NCBI GenBank assembly: GCA_048213135.1
Contig: PS015082.1
Coordinates: 292,344 to 324,964 of the forward strand
Length of the DNA: 32,621 nt
Source: Reclinomonas americana ATCC 50394
Taxonomy: Eukaryota
Reading direction: 5' to 3'
Both the position numbers and the translations under genes were made by a program. Below, one piece after another: positions 19,904 to 31,400 of this stretch (position 1 is the stretch's first letter; the number at the start of each line of letters is the position of its first letter). The notes below the pieces were generated by a model. That model saw only the letters and a list, made by a program, of their open reading frames with translations, did no database searches and was not told where the DNA came from.

Positions 19904-22900
19904 TCACTGAGAGTCGTCATCAGCCTGGAAGAGATTGAACAGCAAGTCCACTTGCTGTACGGATGTGGGCGCGGGTGGCGGAGACGTGCCATTCTGGCGG
20001 CTTCCAGAGCGCGCCGTCGTGGGCGACGACATGGTGCGGACCTGCTGCAACATGTGCGACGGTGGTGGTGACGCCGGTGGCAGCGGCGGTACCAGCTGCT
20101 GCTGCTGCGCCAGGCGCCCACCAGCCGGAACTGGTGGCGGTGGCAGCGGTGAGAGAGGCGGGAGCGAGCTGGCTGGGCTGCCAAACATGCGTGGTGTGCC
20201 AGTGGCACTCTCCGCCTCCATCATCACTCGCGGAGTCGAGAGCGGCTCCCACACTGGCGAAGCAATGGAGCGCGACGGTGGCAAGTACGGCAGTGGTGGC
20301 GGCGGCGGCGACTGCATGTCGGCGTGCGACGACAGATCCAGCAGCACGGTCGAAGCCTGCTTGGCGGCTTGTCCGGCTGGCTGCTGCGGCTTCGCCGACG
20401 ACGAGGGCGTGGAGGCGCGAGGTGGTCGGGTGCTCACCAGGCCGCGTTCCGATCCCGTCGTCGTCTCCGTGCAGAGCGAGTCGTTGCAGTTGTCGCTGGC
20501 CAGCGGACCGCGGCGGAACGAGCTGTTGGCCGCTGCAAAGGCCGACTTCTTGTGCAGGGCAGGTGGTGAGCGCGCACGTGCGTCGAGAGGCGACTGCGGT
20601 GGCACCGGAGGTGGGGCCAGCGGAGGCAGTCGGGCGGCGCTGTCGGCGCGACCTGTGCTGCGCACTTGCCACTGGCCCGTATTGTTGTCGTCGTCCGTTT
20701 GCACATTGTCGTGGTCCGTGTCCAGACCATTCTCCGACTCGTCGTGCTGATGGCGCTTCGCGGCCGACTTGGGGTCCGTGGCAATATCCAGCCACGTGTG
20801 GTACGGCTGTGCGTCTCTGAATGCCGGCTGCGCGGCGCTCTCGTCGGGCGCCTCAACGGTGGCGGCGAATTCGTCGTCAGTGTAGGCGTTTGAAGACAGC
20901 TCTCTGTAGCGCTTCTGACGTTGCTGTGCCGGCTGCTTGCGGCGCACCAGGTAGCAAATGACAAACACTGCGATACCTGCATGCACGCACACAAAAATGA
21001 GTTGGATGGACACAGTAGTGGCGGATGTTGCGGTAACGCACCTCCCACAAGGACGCCAACAACGGAGCCGACCACGGCGCCGATAATGGTCGACGAGGAC
21101 GACGGTGTGGTCGGCTGCGCAGCGGAAGAGCCGGCGACTTGTGTCACCGAGTACACGCCGCTGCGGCACACGGTGGCGACCAGCATGCGCGAGGATGCGT
21201 CGAACGCGTTGCGCTGCATGTCGCCAGGGCAGAAGGATTCCGACGCCGTCATGGTCGAGCGTTGGCCCGACAAGCGCGGCGATCCCCAGGCCAGCTTGAA
21301 ATCGGCCTGCAGAGTGGGTGGTCAGCAACTGCGTTGGAGAACAAGTGGTGCATGCTGCCGTGAGTACGCAACGTCGGCCGCAATGCTCTGGTTCTCCAGC
21401 AGCTTCGACACATCCATGGTCAATGTGAGCAGCGGAACAGAGGCGGCAGAGTCGCCGAGCACCACCAACGACTTGTCCGCCAAGATGCCGATCGTCACAT
21501 TCCTAAGGCACACACACAAACAAGCGCATGGGAACACAGAAGTAATGTGAGAATGTCGTTCGAGGAGATTCTCGTACCCGCACGCCACAGAGTCGGCATC
21601 GCGGCATTGCAGACCCGACACATCTGTGCACGCACTGGTTTAGGCGCACAAAACTGTGAGGTACGCATCGAAACCTCTGCCGCCACTCACATTGCAGATC
21701 CACAGGCAGCGGGGACTCATCGGCGTTGCCGACAGTGAGCTCGGTGACTTGCGTGACCACGAAATCGCTCGACGAGACGCCGATCGGAACGATATCGGTC
21801 AGGGTCGAGTCATTGTTGCCGACCATCACTGGCAGGTTGCGCAGCGTCGACGTCACACGATGCCGCGCCGAATCACGAGAGGCTGTGCGCAAGACGACGT
21901 GAGTGTGTGTCGGTTCATCGAGCTTCAACATGCAGCAGAGCACGAACCCGTGACGGCCATGGTGAGACGGCTCCAGGCTGCCGAGCTGGCGAGATCCGCA
22001 GCTGGCATGCGCAACGTGACGTGCTGCGTGGACGATCCACCAGTGAAGGTGCTGGTGGCGTGTGCCGTTGTGTCGTCATCGCTGCACGCATTCACGGTGA
22101 GCAGCTGCAGAGAACTGGTGTTGGGAATGGGTGGAGGGAGAAGGCTCACATGTACAGCTCGTATCGGTAGTCCGTGTCATGTGCGGGTGGAACGAGGAAC
22201 GACACGGTGACATCGCCGCTGTGGTCGGCGCGCACCGACAGCATGTGCGGCTGTGCCGGAACTGTAAAGCACGCAAGCTGTGGATCAGCGACACCGTTGC
22301 TAGCCGGAGAGAAACATGGTGCAAGACATCAAACCAGTCGACTGCAGTGTGCCGGTCAATTCCATCGGGGCGGCTGTGGATCCAGTGGGGATGACGCGCA
22401 GCACGTACGTCACGTCGTCGTCGGAGCCGAGGTAAGGCTCCAGCTGCGCCGATGTCGCAGTGGCCGAGACGACGGCGCGACGAGTGATGCGCCGACCACG
22501 GCTTGTCATCACCAGTTCGACTGTGTATGCCGAAGGAGCTGGCGTAACAGCAGGCCACGAGACCGCCACTCGCGGCACCGAGTCTCCAGACTGATGAGAA
22601 GGAGAGGGTAGCAGCAGTGTTGTTTAGATTTGGATTAACATCGGTGATGGAACAGTCTACGCCAGACGCACCACCACTGAAGCCGACAGCTCTGTCGGCG
22701 TTGGCGTTGGTGTCGGTGTCGGTGTCGGTGTTGGGGTAGGAGTAGGAGTGGGAGTGGGAGTGGGGGTGGGAGTGGGCGTTGGTGTCGGCGTAGGCGTGGG
22801 AGTTGGGTCGCTCGGTGGCACCGGAGCTGCACAGAAAAAAAGGTTAGAACAAGAGCGGCAACAATCGACGGCGGTGCTGTGCAAGTGAAGCGCACCAGGC

Positions 22901-25900
22901 TCGACGGTGATTGCGTGGAACTGCGTCCATGCGACCTTGTTCTCGCTCTTGAAGCACATGGTGTAGGAACCGGCGGTAAGATCGCCAATGGCCAGAGTGA
23001 GATCGTTGACGTTGTTGTCGATGCGACTGGCGGTCAGCAGCTGCGAGTTGGTCGCCGTCGTGCAATCCGTCTCACCCTGAGGCAGGAGGCGGAAAGCAAA
23101 GAATGCACCGAGTGGAGTGCCCAGCCAATTGCCGCGCACAGTAATCGTGTGCACCGGCTTGTTGGCCACCCACGACGACGGAGTTGCCGACACGACAGAC
23201 GGAACTGTGCAAGAATGGCAATGAGTGAGCAAACACCGAATGAGCACAGAAAGCGAGTGTTGTCCGTGGGCGCACCCTTGGAGTCAGTCGATCCCAGGTT
23301 GCGCCACGTGCTGCCAGGTTGCGACTGGTAGCACACCAGGTACTGCGTCTCTCGTGCACTTTCGTCCATCGTTAGTGGCGTGGTCATGGTGACAACGCCA
23401 CTGCCGTCGGTGGCGAAAGACGGAGTCAACAGCGTGGCGCCTGCAGAACTCGCGCCGGTGCACACGGGTGCAATGGCAGCGTCTTGCACCGCCAATAGCG
23501 AGGTGGACGGGATCGACAGTCCGGAGACGGTCAGCGTAAAGTTGAATCCCGGAGCTGTGCGCAGGTGGATTTCAGCACTTTTCGTCACTCACTCACAGCA
23601 AAGTACTCTTGTACACGAACCGAGCAGGGGCGGCGACAAGAGGCAAGGCGAGGCGTCTACCGATCGTGGGCCATCGGGGTCCACAGAGACCACCACTCGT
23701 GAGACAGCGTCGACGAGCAGCACGCTGCCGTCAGGCATGATTGTGAACGACACTGGTTCCACCACTCGGGCCGTGTCGCGCAATCCAGGCACAAACTGAA
23801 TCGCTGACGACGGCACCGATGCGTCGCACACGCCGAGCATCGGCAGCGCAATACCACCATACTGCGGCATCTGCGGGCGGGAGACAAGGGTTGAGTAATT
23901 CCACACAAGAGACACTACACGCTGGTGTGCGACACTCACCTCCAACAGGCAGTGACTGGCAGAGTCGGCCACCAATACTCCACCTGTGCACGCATGCATG
24001 CATGTGGTCAGTCACACAAAACAAGACGTTTGTTTTGCAAGGGGCGTGTGTACCGTTGGCGAGCACGGCGATTGCCGAGAGTTGACCAAAGCCGTCGTTG
24101 GCGTCGCTCTGCGCGTGAAGAGAGGCCTCTATGAGACACAGCCATGCAAAGACAAGCACAATAAACACCCTCATACCGAGTGCGTGCCGTCGGCAAACAC
24201 TGCCACATCGGCGTACGGGGTGCCAGTCGCATCGGTCGAGAAGACTGCTCGAAGCACGCGGTTCGACTCCGCGATAAACAGGGTGGGAGCAAAGCCACCC
24301 TTGAGTGCCACTACAAGCCCCACACAGGTCAGAGTTGTGCTAGAAGCATCAGCACGATGAGATGCAGAGACGCAACATGCTCGGGGTGCGTTGAATGGCG
24401 ACGGTTGTGGGTCGTCGATCTGGGTCAGCGTGCGAACCAGGGCCAGCGGATCTGTCACACTGCCCACGGCGCCGGCAAGCACGTGCACACTGCAACATGC
24501 GCGTGAGAAAATCAACGCATAGCGTACTCGGCTGCATGCTTTCCCCCAAACCTGTTGTTGGCCTGGTCGGCAATCACGAGGCAGTCAGACTGACCCAACA
24601 GACGAGCACCGCCAGACAGCAGCATGTCACTTGGAGACTGCAGGCTGACCAGTGCCGGCAGCGAGACAACCGACGCCTGTGGTGCGTTACTGCCAGTAAC
24701 CGAGATACGCATCACTCGACCGAGGCCCGAATCGAGAACCAGCAGCGCGTCGCCGGCGGGTGTCAGCAGCACACGAGTGGGGCTGTTGAGGTGAAGGAGA
24801 TCGTCGGCAGCCTGCACGCAAGGAAAAGAGGAGTCAAGGTCATTAGTGAGTCTGGCATGCGGGGGGAGCTGCGGAAAGAGGAACAGTCGCACCACAGCTG
24901 CCGTGTTCAGTTGACCGAAAAATACGCGAGGCTGCGCATCTGCCGCCGCCTCCTGAACCCACACGACGTGTCGCGTGCTGTCGGTAATGTACTTGCGGTT
25001 TGCCGAATCCACAGCCACCGAGCTGCACGAAACAGGTCAGAACGCAGTGTGCGAAGACACTGCGCACAGGAAGGAGTGTGACGCAACTGCGGACGACCCA
25101 TGGTCGCAGAGTCGGTGCGGCCGTCGACCAAGGTCTCCATGCGACCGCCGCGTTGCATCATGAATGCCGCACGGACGACACTGCCATCGCTGGGATCGGT
25201 GGACGAAATCGCGACGTGGAAGGCCTTGGCCGCCTGCACATCGGCGGGCATGGAGCACGAGAGCGACAGCTCTTGTGTCGCCTGATCAAAGTCAACATAC
25301 GCCGGCTTGGTGTCGGCGCTGAACTGGAACACGCGATTGTTCTTGTCGGTGGTCGTGACACGCGCAAACACGGCACCGGGAACTGCCGGAAAGCGGCGCT
25401 GGCTCAGCTGCAACAGGTACGGCTCCGAAACTACACACAACGAGCGGGTGAGACAACGCTGACAACGGTGCGAGTCTTCACGCGCGCGCAACTGCCAATG
25501 CTGATCGAGCCGGCGTTGTCGGCCGGCCAGTCGCTCCCGCTGTCTGCCAAACACATGTAGAAACGGCGGCCGACGAGCGAGGAGCCCTCCCACTCGGTTC
25601 CAATCAGAGCATCGTCCGACGGCTGCGGCGAAACGAGAACACATGAGATTGCTGGTCGAAAGCAATCGGATGCGCAAGCAAAAAGAAGACACACCACCGA
25701 CAAAGCGACTGTCAATGACGACATGGCGGCGTCGGTTGTCGCCGGTGTGACAGACGTGACTTGCAGGCTAAAATCCGACTTGTCCGACTGGCAGGCGGCG
25801 TCGCTCTGCATCGTCACGCTCATGGTGCCGGAGGTGAGGCCGAGACCCACCACCGTCAGCTGTACCGTAGTGTTACGGTAGAGCACAGACGGACGGGCCG

Positions 25901-28150
25901 CCAGGCAACCGGCACGTGCCACCAGCGTCGGCCCTGCATTTCTCCGGTGGTGAGTGCACAACATCACCAACGACATATCGACAAGCGCACGCGATGCTAC
26001 CGTCGGGATCAAAAGCAACGACCCTGCGCGCCACTCGATCGACGACGTACACCATGGTGTCGTCGCCGGGGATGACGTATGCACCCGCCGGCTCGCTGAG
26101 AAGGGCGGCATCACTGCAGAGATAATAAATGAGAATCGAGTGCGCACACACAGCGGGTCGCAAACAACTCACCGAGTTCCCTCGGCGAATCCAGCAGTAC
26201 CACACGTGCCCGCAACTGGCCACGGAGAGCCGCCACCGGCTGAGACCTGCAGGCAACGCACGGTGTCAAAAACAAGCACCGAACCCTCGGGACACAGAGA
26301 GGCGTGAGACAAGCACAAACCATGAGGACGCAGTGACTGCCGGCGTCGCTCACTACCACGGCACCTGAACACGGAAACCAGCGCGTCATGTAAGCAAGAG
26401 AAAGAGAGAGAGGGAGGAATCTCGTCCCCCGCATTAAGAATACGAACCAGAGGCCATGATGGCAATGCCAGTGGGATCTGCAATAAAAAATAGAATGATG
26501 AGAATTGAGAAGAGAGCATGAACACGGGGAGAGCGCGCTGCTGGTGTGCACGCACTGTTGAACCCCGAGGCAAACACGTCCGTCTTGGCGTACGCCACAT
26601 CGCCACTGGCCGCAGAGAACACGGTGAAGTACAGACGGTCGCCTTGCGCAAAGTACAGTGTCGGCGACGGTCCTTGGCGCAAAGCCACTGCACACAGCCA
26701 CCCTGGTGTGAGTCACATAGGTAGACACACAGAAAGTCGTGCCAGAAAACGCAACATGAATGCGGTGCCTGCAGCGGCACACTCGGCGTCGAGTCGACCG
26801 TGTTGACCGTACGAATCACGGTCAGCACGCCCGGAATCATCTCACTCATCACATGAATGCTGATCACACGCTCAGTGAGCCGCACCGAGACGAAAACAGA
26901 GAGACAAGGAAAGAGAAGGAATGCTCACCAGTTGGCCCCGTGGTCGGCCACAATGACACAGTGCTGCGCACCAAAGGGACGCGATGTCTCGTCGCACAGC
27001 ACGAGATCGGAGGGATCCACCAGCACCACCGGCTTGCGATCGTTGCCCTCGATAGACAAGACGGTCCACGAGGTGGCCCGCACGTCGTTGACACGAACAC
27101 GAATGATGCGCTTGTTGCCGTTCTCCAACACGTACAGATCGCTAGTGGCCGCAGCGTACGCCACACTCACAGGAGCGCGCAGCGGAATCATCTGCCCGCC
27201 ACTCAGCTGCGAGTCCACACCAACGCCCGGCGTGTCGGGAATGCCAAGCAGCGAAGTGAACGAAATGGCATTGGTGTTGCTCGCCGAGCGCGCCCACACC
27301 ACATGCCGTCCCGCATCGGCCACAAACATGCGATGATCGCTTGCCCCCGCCATCACAATGCTGCGCGGATCACTAAACAACGAGTATCCGTGCGTGTCCA
27401 CCACACCAGCCACCTGTGCGACACGCAAAGAGTGAGCGATTGAGTGACTCGCCAGGCACATAAGAAAAGCACAAGAGGATCACCGTCGTCAGCATGCCAC
27501 CTGGTGAACGACAAACAGTGAGCACGTGATCATCACAGAAATCTGCACTCGACATGCATGACGCACCTCGCGACATGGAAAACGTGCCAATAGCCGCCTC
27601 GCCGCCACTGTTGGTGGCGTGAATCTCCACCAGAAGCGGATCCGGCACTGTGTAGGTGTCGCCACTGCTGCCGACAATCTTCTCATCGACCGCGGAATCA
27701 CACCGAAGCTGCAGCAGCGCTTGACCTGCGCTGACATGCGGATCGTCTGCGCGTAGCTCGAAACGCTTCGCATCACGACCGCCCAGCTACAATGCACACA
27801 TGTGAGAGGGAGAGTGGAAAGAGAGAGTGCGTGTGTGCGTTCGCAGAGAGGCAGACCTCAATAGAGGTCACTGGTGTCTCAGAGGCCACAGTGACGCGAG
27901 CCACCACTGCACCGGGCACCGGTGCATACGAAGAGACACCCTCAGTGTCGCTGGCCGAGCGCAGAATCACGCTGAGTGGGGCGGCCTCTGCGCGGAAGAC
28001 AGGACAAAATTCATCGGACTGTCGGCTTACGTTCGTGCACCGCACGAGCTTGGTCTCACCGGCAATCACTAGTGCGCACAAGAGCCACACTGACAGCACC
28101 GAGCAGCACACCAGTCGGAGCGACGCTTGGTGGTGGGAGTGGCGTCGCAT
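19904..28150 (-). CDS. Large type I membrane protein: signal peptide, 2x (cadherin-like + NHL-repeat propeller + Ig-like), PT repeat, further beta-sandwich domains, TM, Pro-rich tail
   Basis: Signal peptide MRRH...LVCCSVLSVWLLCALVIAEA. NHL repeats include RMFVADAGRHVVW, PVSVAY...LYVLENGNKRI, PHSVAVDSANRKYITDSTRHVVW, SPTRVLLTPAGDALLVLDSGLGRV and PAGAYVIPGDDTMVYVVDRVARRV. TM is IIGAVVGSVVGVLVG|GIAVFVICYLV followed by RRK. The stop is at 19904. There are more than 20 introns and not every internal boundary was resolved. Confidence 0.78.
22693..22807 (-). repeat. Coding (Pro-Thr)n linker repeat in the NHL membrane protein
   Basis: PTPTPT... about 19 dipeptides on the minus strand. Confidence 0.93.
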
Positions 28151-28469
28151 TCCGTCCCGAATTTCCTTGATTTGTCCGAACTGCAATCACTGCCACAAAG
28201 CGCGTGGGGCTGTCGGATGCGCTGAGGCTGTGCGGAATCCGATGCCGGAGAGTCGGCGAGTAACGATAGAGGTTAAAAAAGGATGAAGAAAAGGAAAAGA
28301 GCAAAACAATGAACGCGGTGCGCTCGCACAAAATCTCTCGCTGTTCGATCGAAAAATGGCGGGACGAAATTGATTGATCTTCGACCGTTGAACGAGCAAA
28401 GAAAGAAAGATAGAAAAAGTTTTTCTTGTCTCGTGACGGGGAGAGAGTGCGCGACGAAACAGGTGGCAG
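28151..28469. promoter_or_regulatory. AT/purine-rich divergent intergenic region (putative bidirectional promoter)
   Basis: Lower GC with A-tracts (aaaaaaggatgaagaaaaggaaaaga; aaagaaagaaagatagaaaaag) between divergent ATGs at 28150 and 28470. Confidence 0.5.
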
Positions 28470-31400
28470 ATGGCCGACGCCACTGAACTTGATGCCTCCT
28501 CCGCAGTGAGACCACAACCTTTGTCACAACAGCCGCAGCGGTTTCAGAGACCTCTCGCTTGGGCAGTGAGCATCTCGGCTGCTGCGTGTTCGGCCCTCGG
28601 TGCCTTTGCACTCGCCACCAATCACTGGCTGTTGCGTGTCTCGTGCAGTGCTACAGAGAGAGAGGGGGGTGGTGCTGACTGACTGTTGACCGCGGGTGTG
28701 TTGTCGCAACGCAGCACAATTAATTGTTCTGTTGACGACCCGGCATTCGCCACATCGTCGGGCTTGTCTACCGGGTGTGTACGCGCGCGCGTGTGTGTGT
28801 ATGTCCGCTTAACCTGTTTCGCCTGCGTGTGTACTCATGATGTGAGTCGGGTGAGTGCAGCTCAACGTGCATTGCCAGTCGACCGTGCACATCATTTTCG
28901 GTAACCACCGATGCAGCTAAACTGGTGAGCGGCGGCGCCTTCTCTTTGGCGTCTGTTGACCGCGACTGATCATGTGCATGTGTGTGTGTGTGTGCTCTGA
29001 CAGTGTCTGGCTCTGGGGGCTGCGGGAACTGGGCTGATGGGAGCCCTGGCAATTCTGGCAACCATTCACGCCGTATCTGCACGTCGCTGGACCAAAGCGT
29101 GTGGCGTGGTGCGTGTGTGTGTCACGCTGACGCGACCTGACTTGCTGCACTCACGTTGTGCTTGTGTCGGCAGGTGGCGGGCTCGGTGAGTGCCATTCTC
29201 TGGCTGGTGGCGGTGGCCTACTTTACGGCAAAGACGAACCGCGCCTCGACGTGTTCATCCGGTGCCAAGATGGCGTGGGGATACTCGTACATTGTAGCAT
29301 GGTGAGTGGGGGTTGCTTGTCCTCGGTGGTGTGCGGTCACCGGCATCATTATATTCAACGAGGAGTGTACTGTTACATCCGCGCAGGTTGTTTGGCCCCT
29401 TGCTCGGTACATTACCAGCCGTTGGCTCGTGGTGGCTTTTCATGCCAGCCCCCTCGCCTCGCACCTCCAAGGCCAAGTACGCCGTGCAGCCGGCGGCAGC
29501 ACCACGCGATGTCACGCAAGGCTGGGAGGCGACGAATGTAGAGGTGAACGTGGCGCCCGTGTCACCGGACGACGCCAGTCGCAAGAAGAGGAGGCGGAAG
29601 CGCAGCGCCAACGGGACAAGCATTGCTATCGAGAACGACGGCACTGCCTTGGTGCTGTCACCCTCGGGGAAAACAGCACTCACGCCACGACGGCAGGAGC
29701 AAGACGGTGCCTCCACGAAGACCGACTTGGTGAATTTCGTGGCCTCACCCGAGTCGCACAAGTCGTTTGAGGAGGTGCGTCTGCCAAAGACGCACAGCTC
29801 CGCCGGCGTGGAAGATGCTTTTGCAGAGCATCGAGCGCGGTTTGGTCCGAGCGAACTGGCAGCCGAGGCGCCTCGTGTGCCACGGCGTCTGCATTCCCCG
29901 CCACCGCCGAAGCGCGAGGCATCAGAGGGAGGCGATAGCACTGCACGCTCGTCGGCCTCGTCGACGGGCGAGTTGCCCCCGCCTGCACAACTCGACAGCG
30001 ATCCGGCCGATGCCGACGACGATGCGGTGGGTCGACAAGGAGAAGAGGAGCAGGAGAATGTGGAGCAGCAGGAGGAGGAGGGCGGCGTCCAGTTGCAGCA
30101 GCGCATCGACCAGCCACGTTCGTCGCCGTCGTCCATTGCCCCGTCGTCCTTTATGTCACCAACAGGGGGTGCGTCGTCAGTGGCCTCAAGAGCGCAAGCG
30201 GACGGGCGTGCGAGATTCGACGATTCCGTCGCCAAGCCTGCCGGTGGCGCACGGTTACATTCGCCACCGCCACCTCCAAGAGACGCGAGCGACGAAGAGG
30301 ACGAAGACGAAGAAGAAAATGTGGAGAAGCCGGCAGCAGCAGAGGGTCATGCTCGTTTCGGCGGCGACGTAGCCGGTCACGAGAGCCGACATCACCTGAA
30401 ATCACCGCCACCACCACCTGCAGACCAGGCACTGGAGGAGGAGGAGGAGGAGAAGGAAGGAGAGGACGGCGAAGAGGATGCACCGGGTACAGGCGATGCA
30501 GTGGAGGTCGAGTCGCGCGCGGCTTCGCACGCTCACTTTGGCGGTGACATTGTCGGCCACGAGAGCAGGCATCGACTGAAATCCCCACCGCCACCACCCG
30601 CACCGACAGATGAAGAGGAGGAGGAGGAGGAGGACGAAGAGGAACGTGGCGATGTGGAGGAGGATCATGGTGCAGGCGATACAGCATCACATGCGGCTTC
30701 GCACGCTCACTTTGGCGGTGACATTGTCGGCCACGAGAGCAGGCATCGACTGAAATCACCGCCACCACCAGCACCGACAGATGTGGAGGAGGACGACGAC
30801 GCCGAAGAGGAACGTGATGATATGGAGGAGGCACAGGGCACAGGCGATACAGTGGAGGTCACGTCGAATGCGGCTTCGCACGCTCACTTTGGCGGTGACG
30901 TTGCCGGCCACGAGAGCGGGCATCGACTGAAATCTCCACCGCCACCCGCACCGACAGATGCGTCGATGGATGACGAGGAGGAAGGAGCGGGCGAAGAGGA
31001 GGCACAGGGCACAGGCGATGCAGTGGAGGTCGCGTCGCATGCGGCCTCTCACGCTCACTTTGGCGGCGACATTGTCGGCCACGAAAGCAGGCATCGACTG
31101 AAATCACCGCCACCACCAGCACCGACCGAGGACGAGGAGGAGGAGGACGAAAAGGAACGTGGCGGTGTGGAGGAGGATCATGGTGCAGGCGACGCAGCAT
31201 CACATGCGGCTTCACATGCTCACTTTGGCGGCGACATTGTCGGCCATGAGAGCAGGCATCGACTGAAATCACCGCCACCACCAGCACCGACCGAGGACGA
31301 GGAGGAGAAGGAAGAAGACGACAGGGGAACAGGTGACGCTCACCAGGCTCACCAGCCACTTGTGGATGAAGCCGTGCCACTACCAGTCGAGCAGTCGGAG

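Noticed and set aside
21130-21310. Possible GPS/GAIN autoproteolysis motif before the TM of the NHL receptor (FDASSRMLVATVCRSGVYSV)
   Set aside because: The position fits, but the H-L-T/S catalytic motif is absent, so support is insufficient
30348-31240. HAHF/HARF as a PP1-binding RVxF motif
   Set aside because: It has Ala where Val/Ile is required
30348-31290. CRISPR-like appearance (conserved repeats with variable spacers)
   Set aside because: The repeats and spacers are too long, the spacers are homologous to each other, all periods are multiples of 3 inside an open frame, the context is eukaryotic, and there are no cas genes
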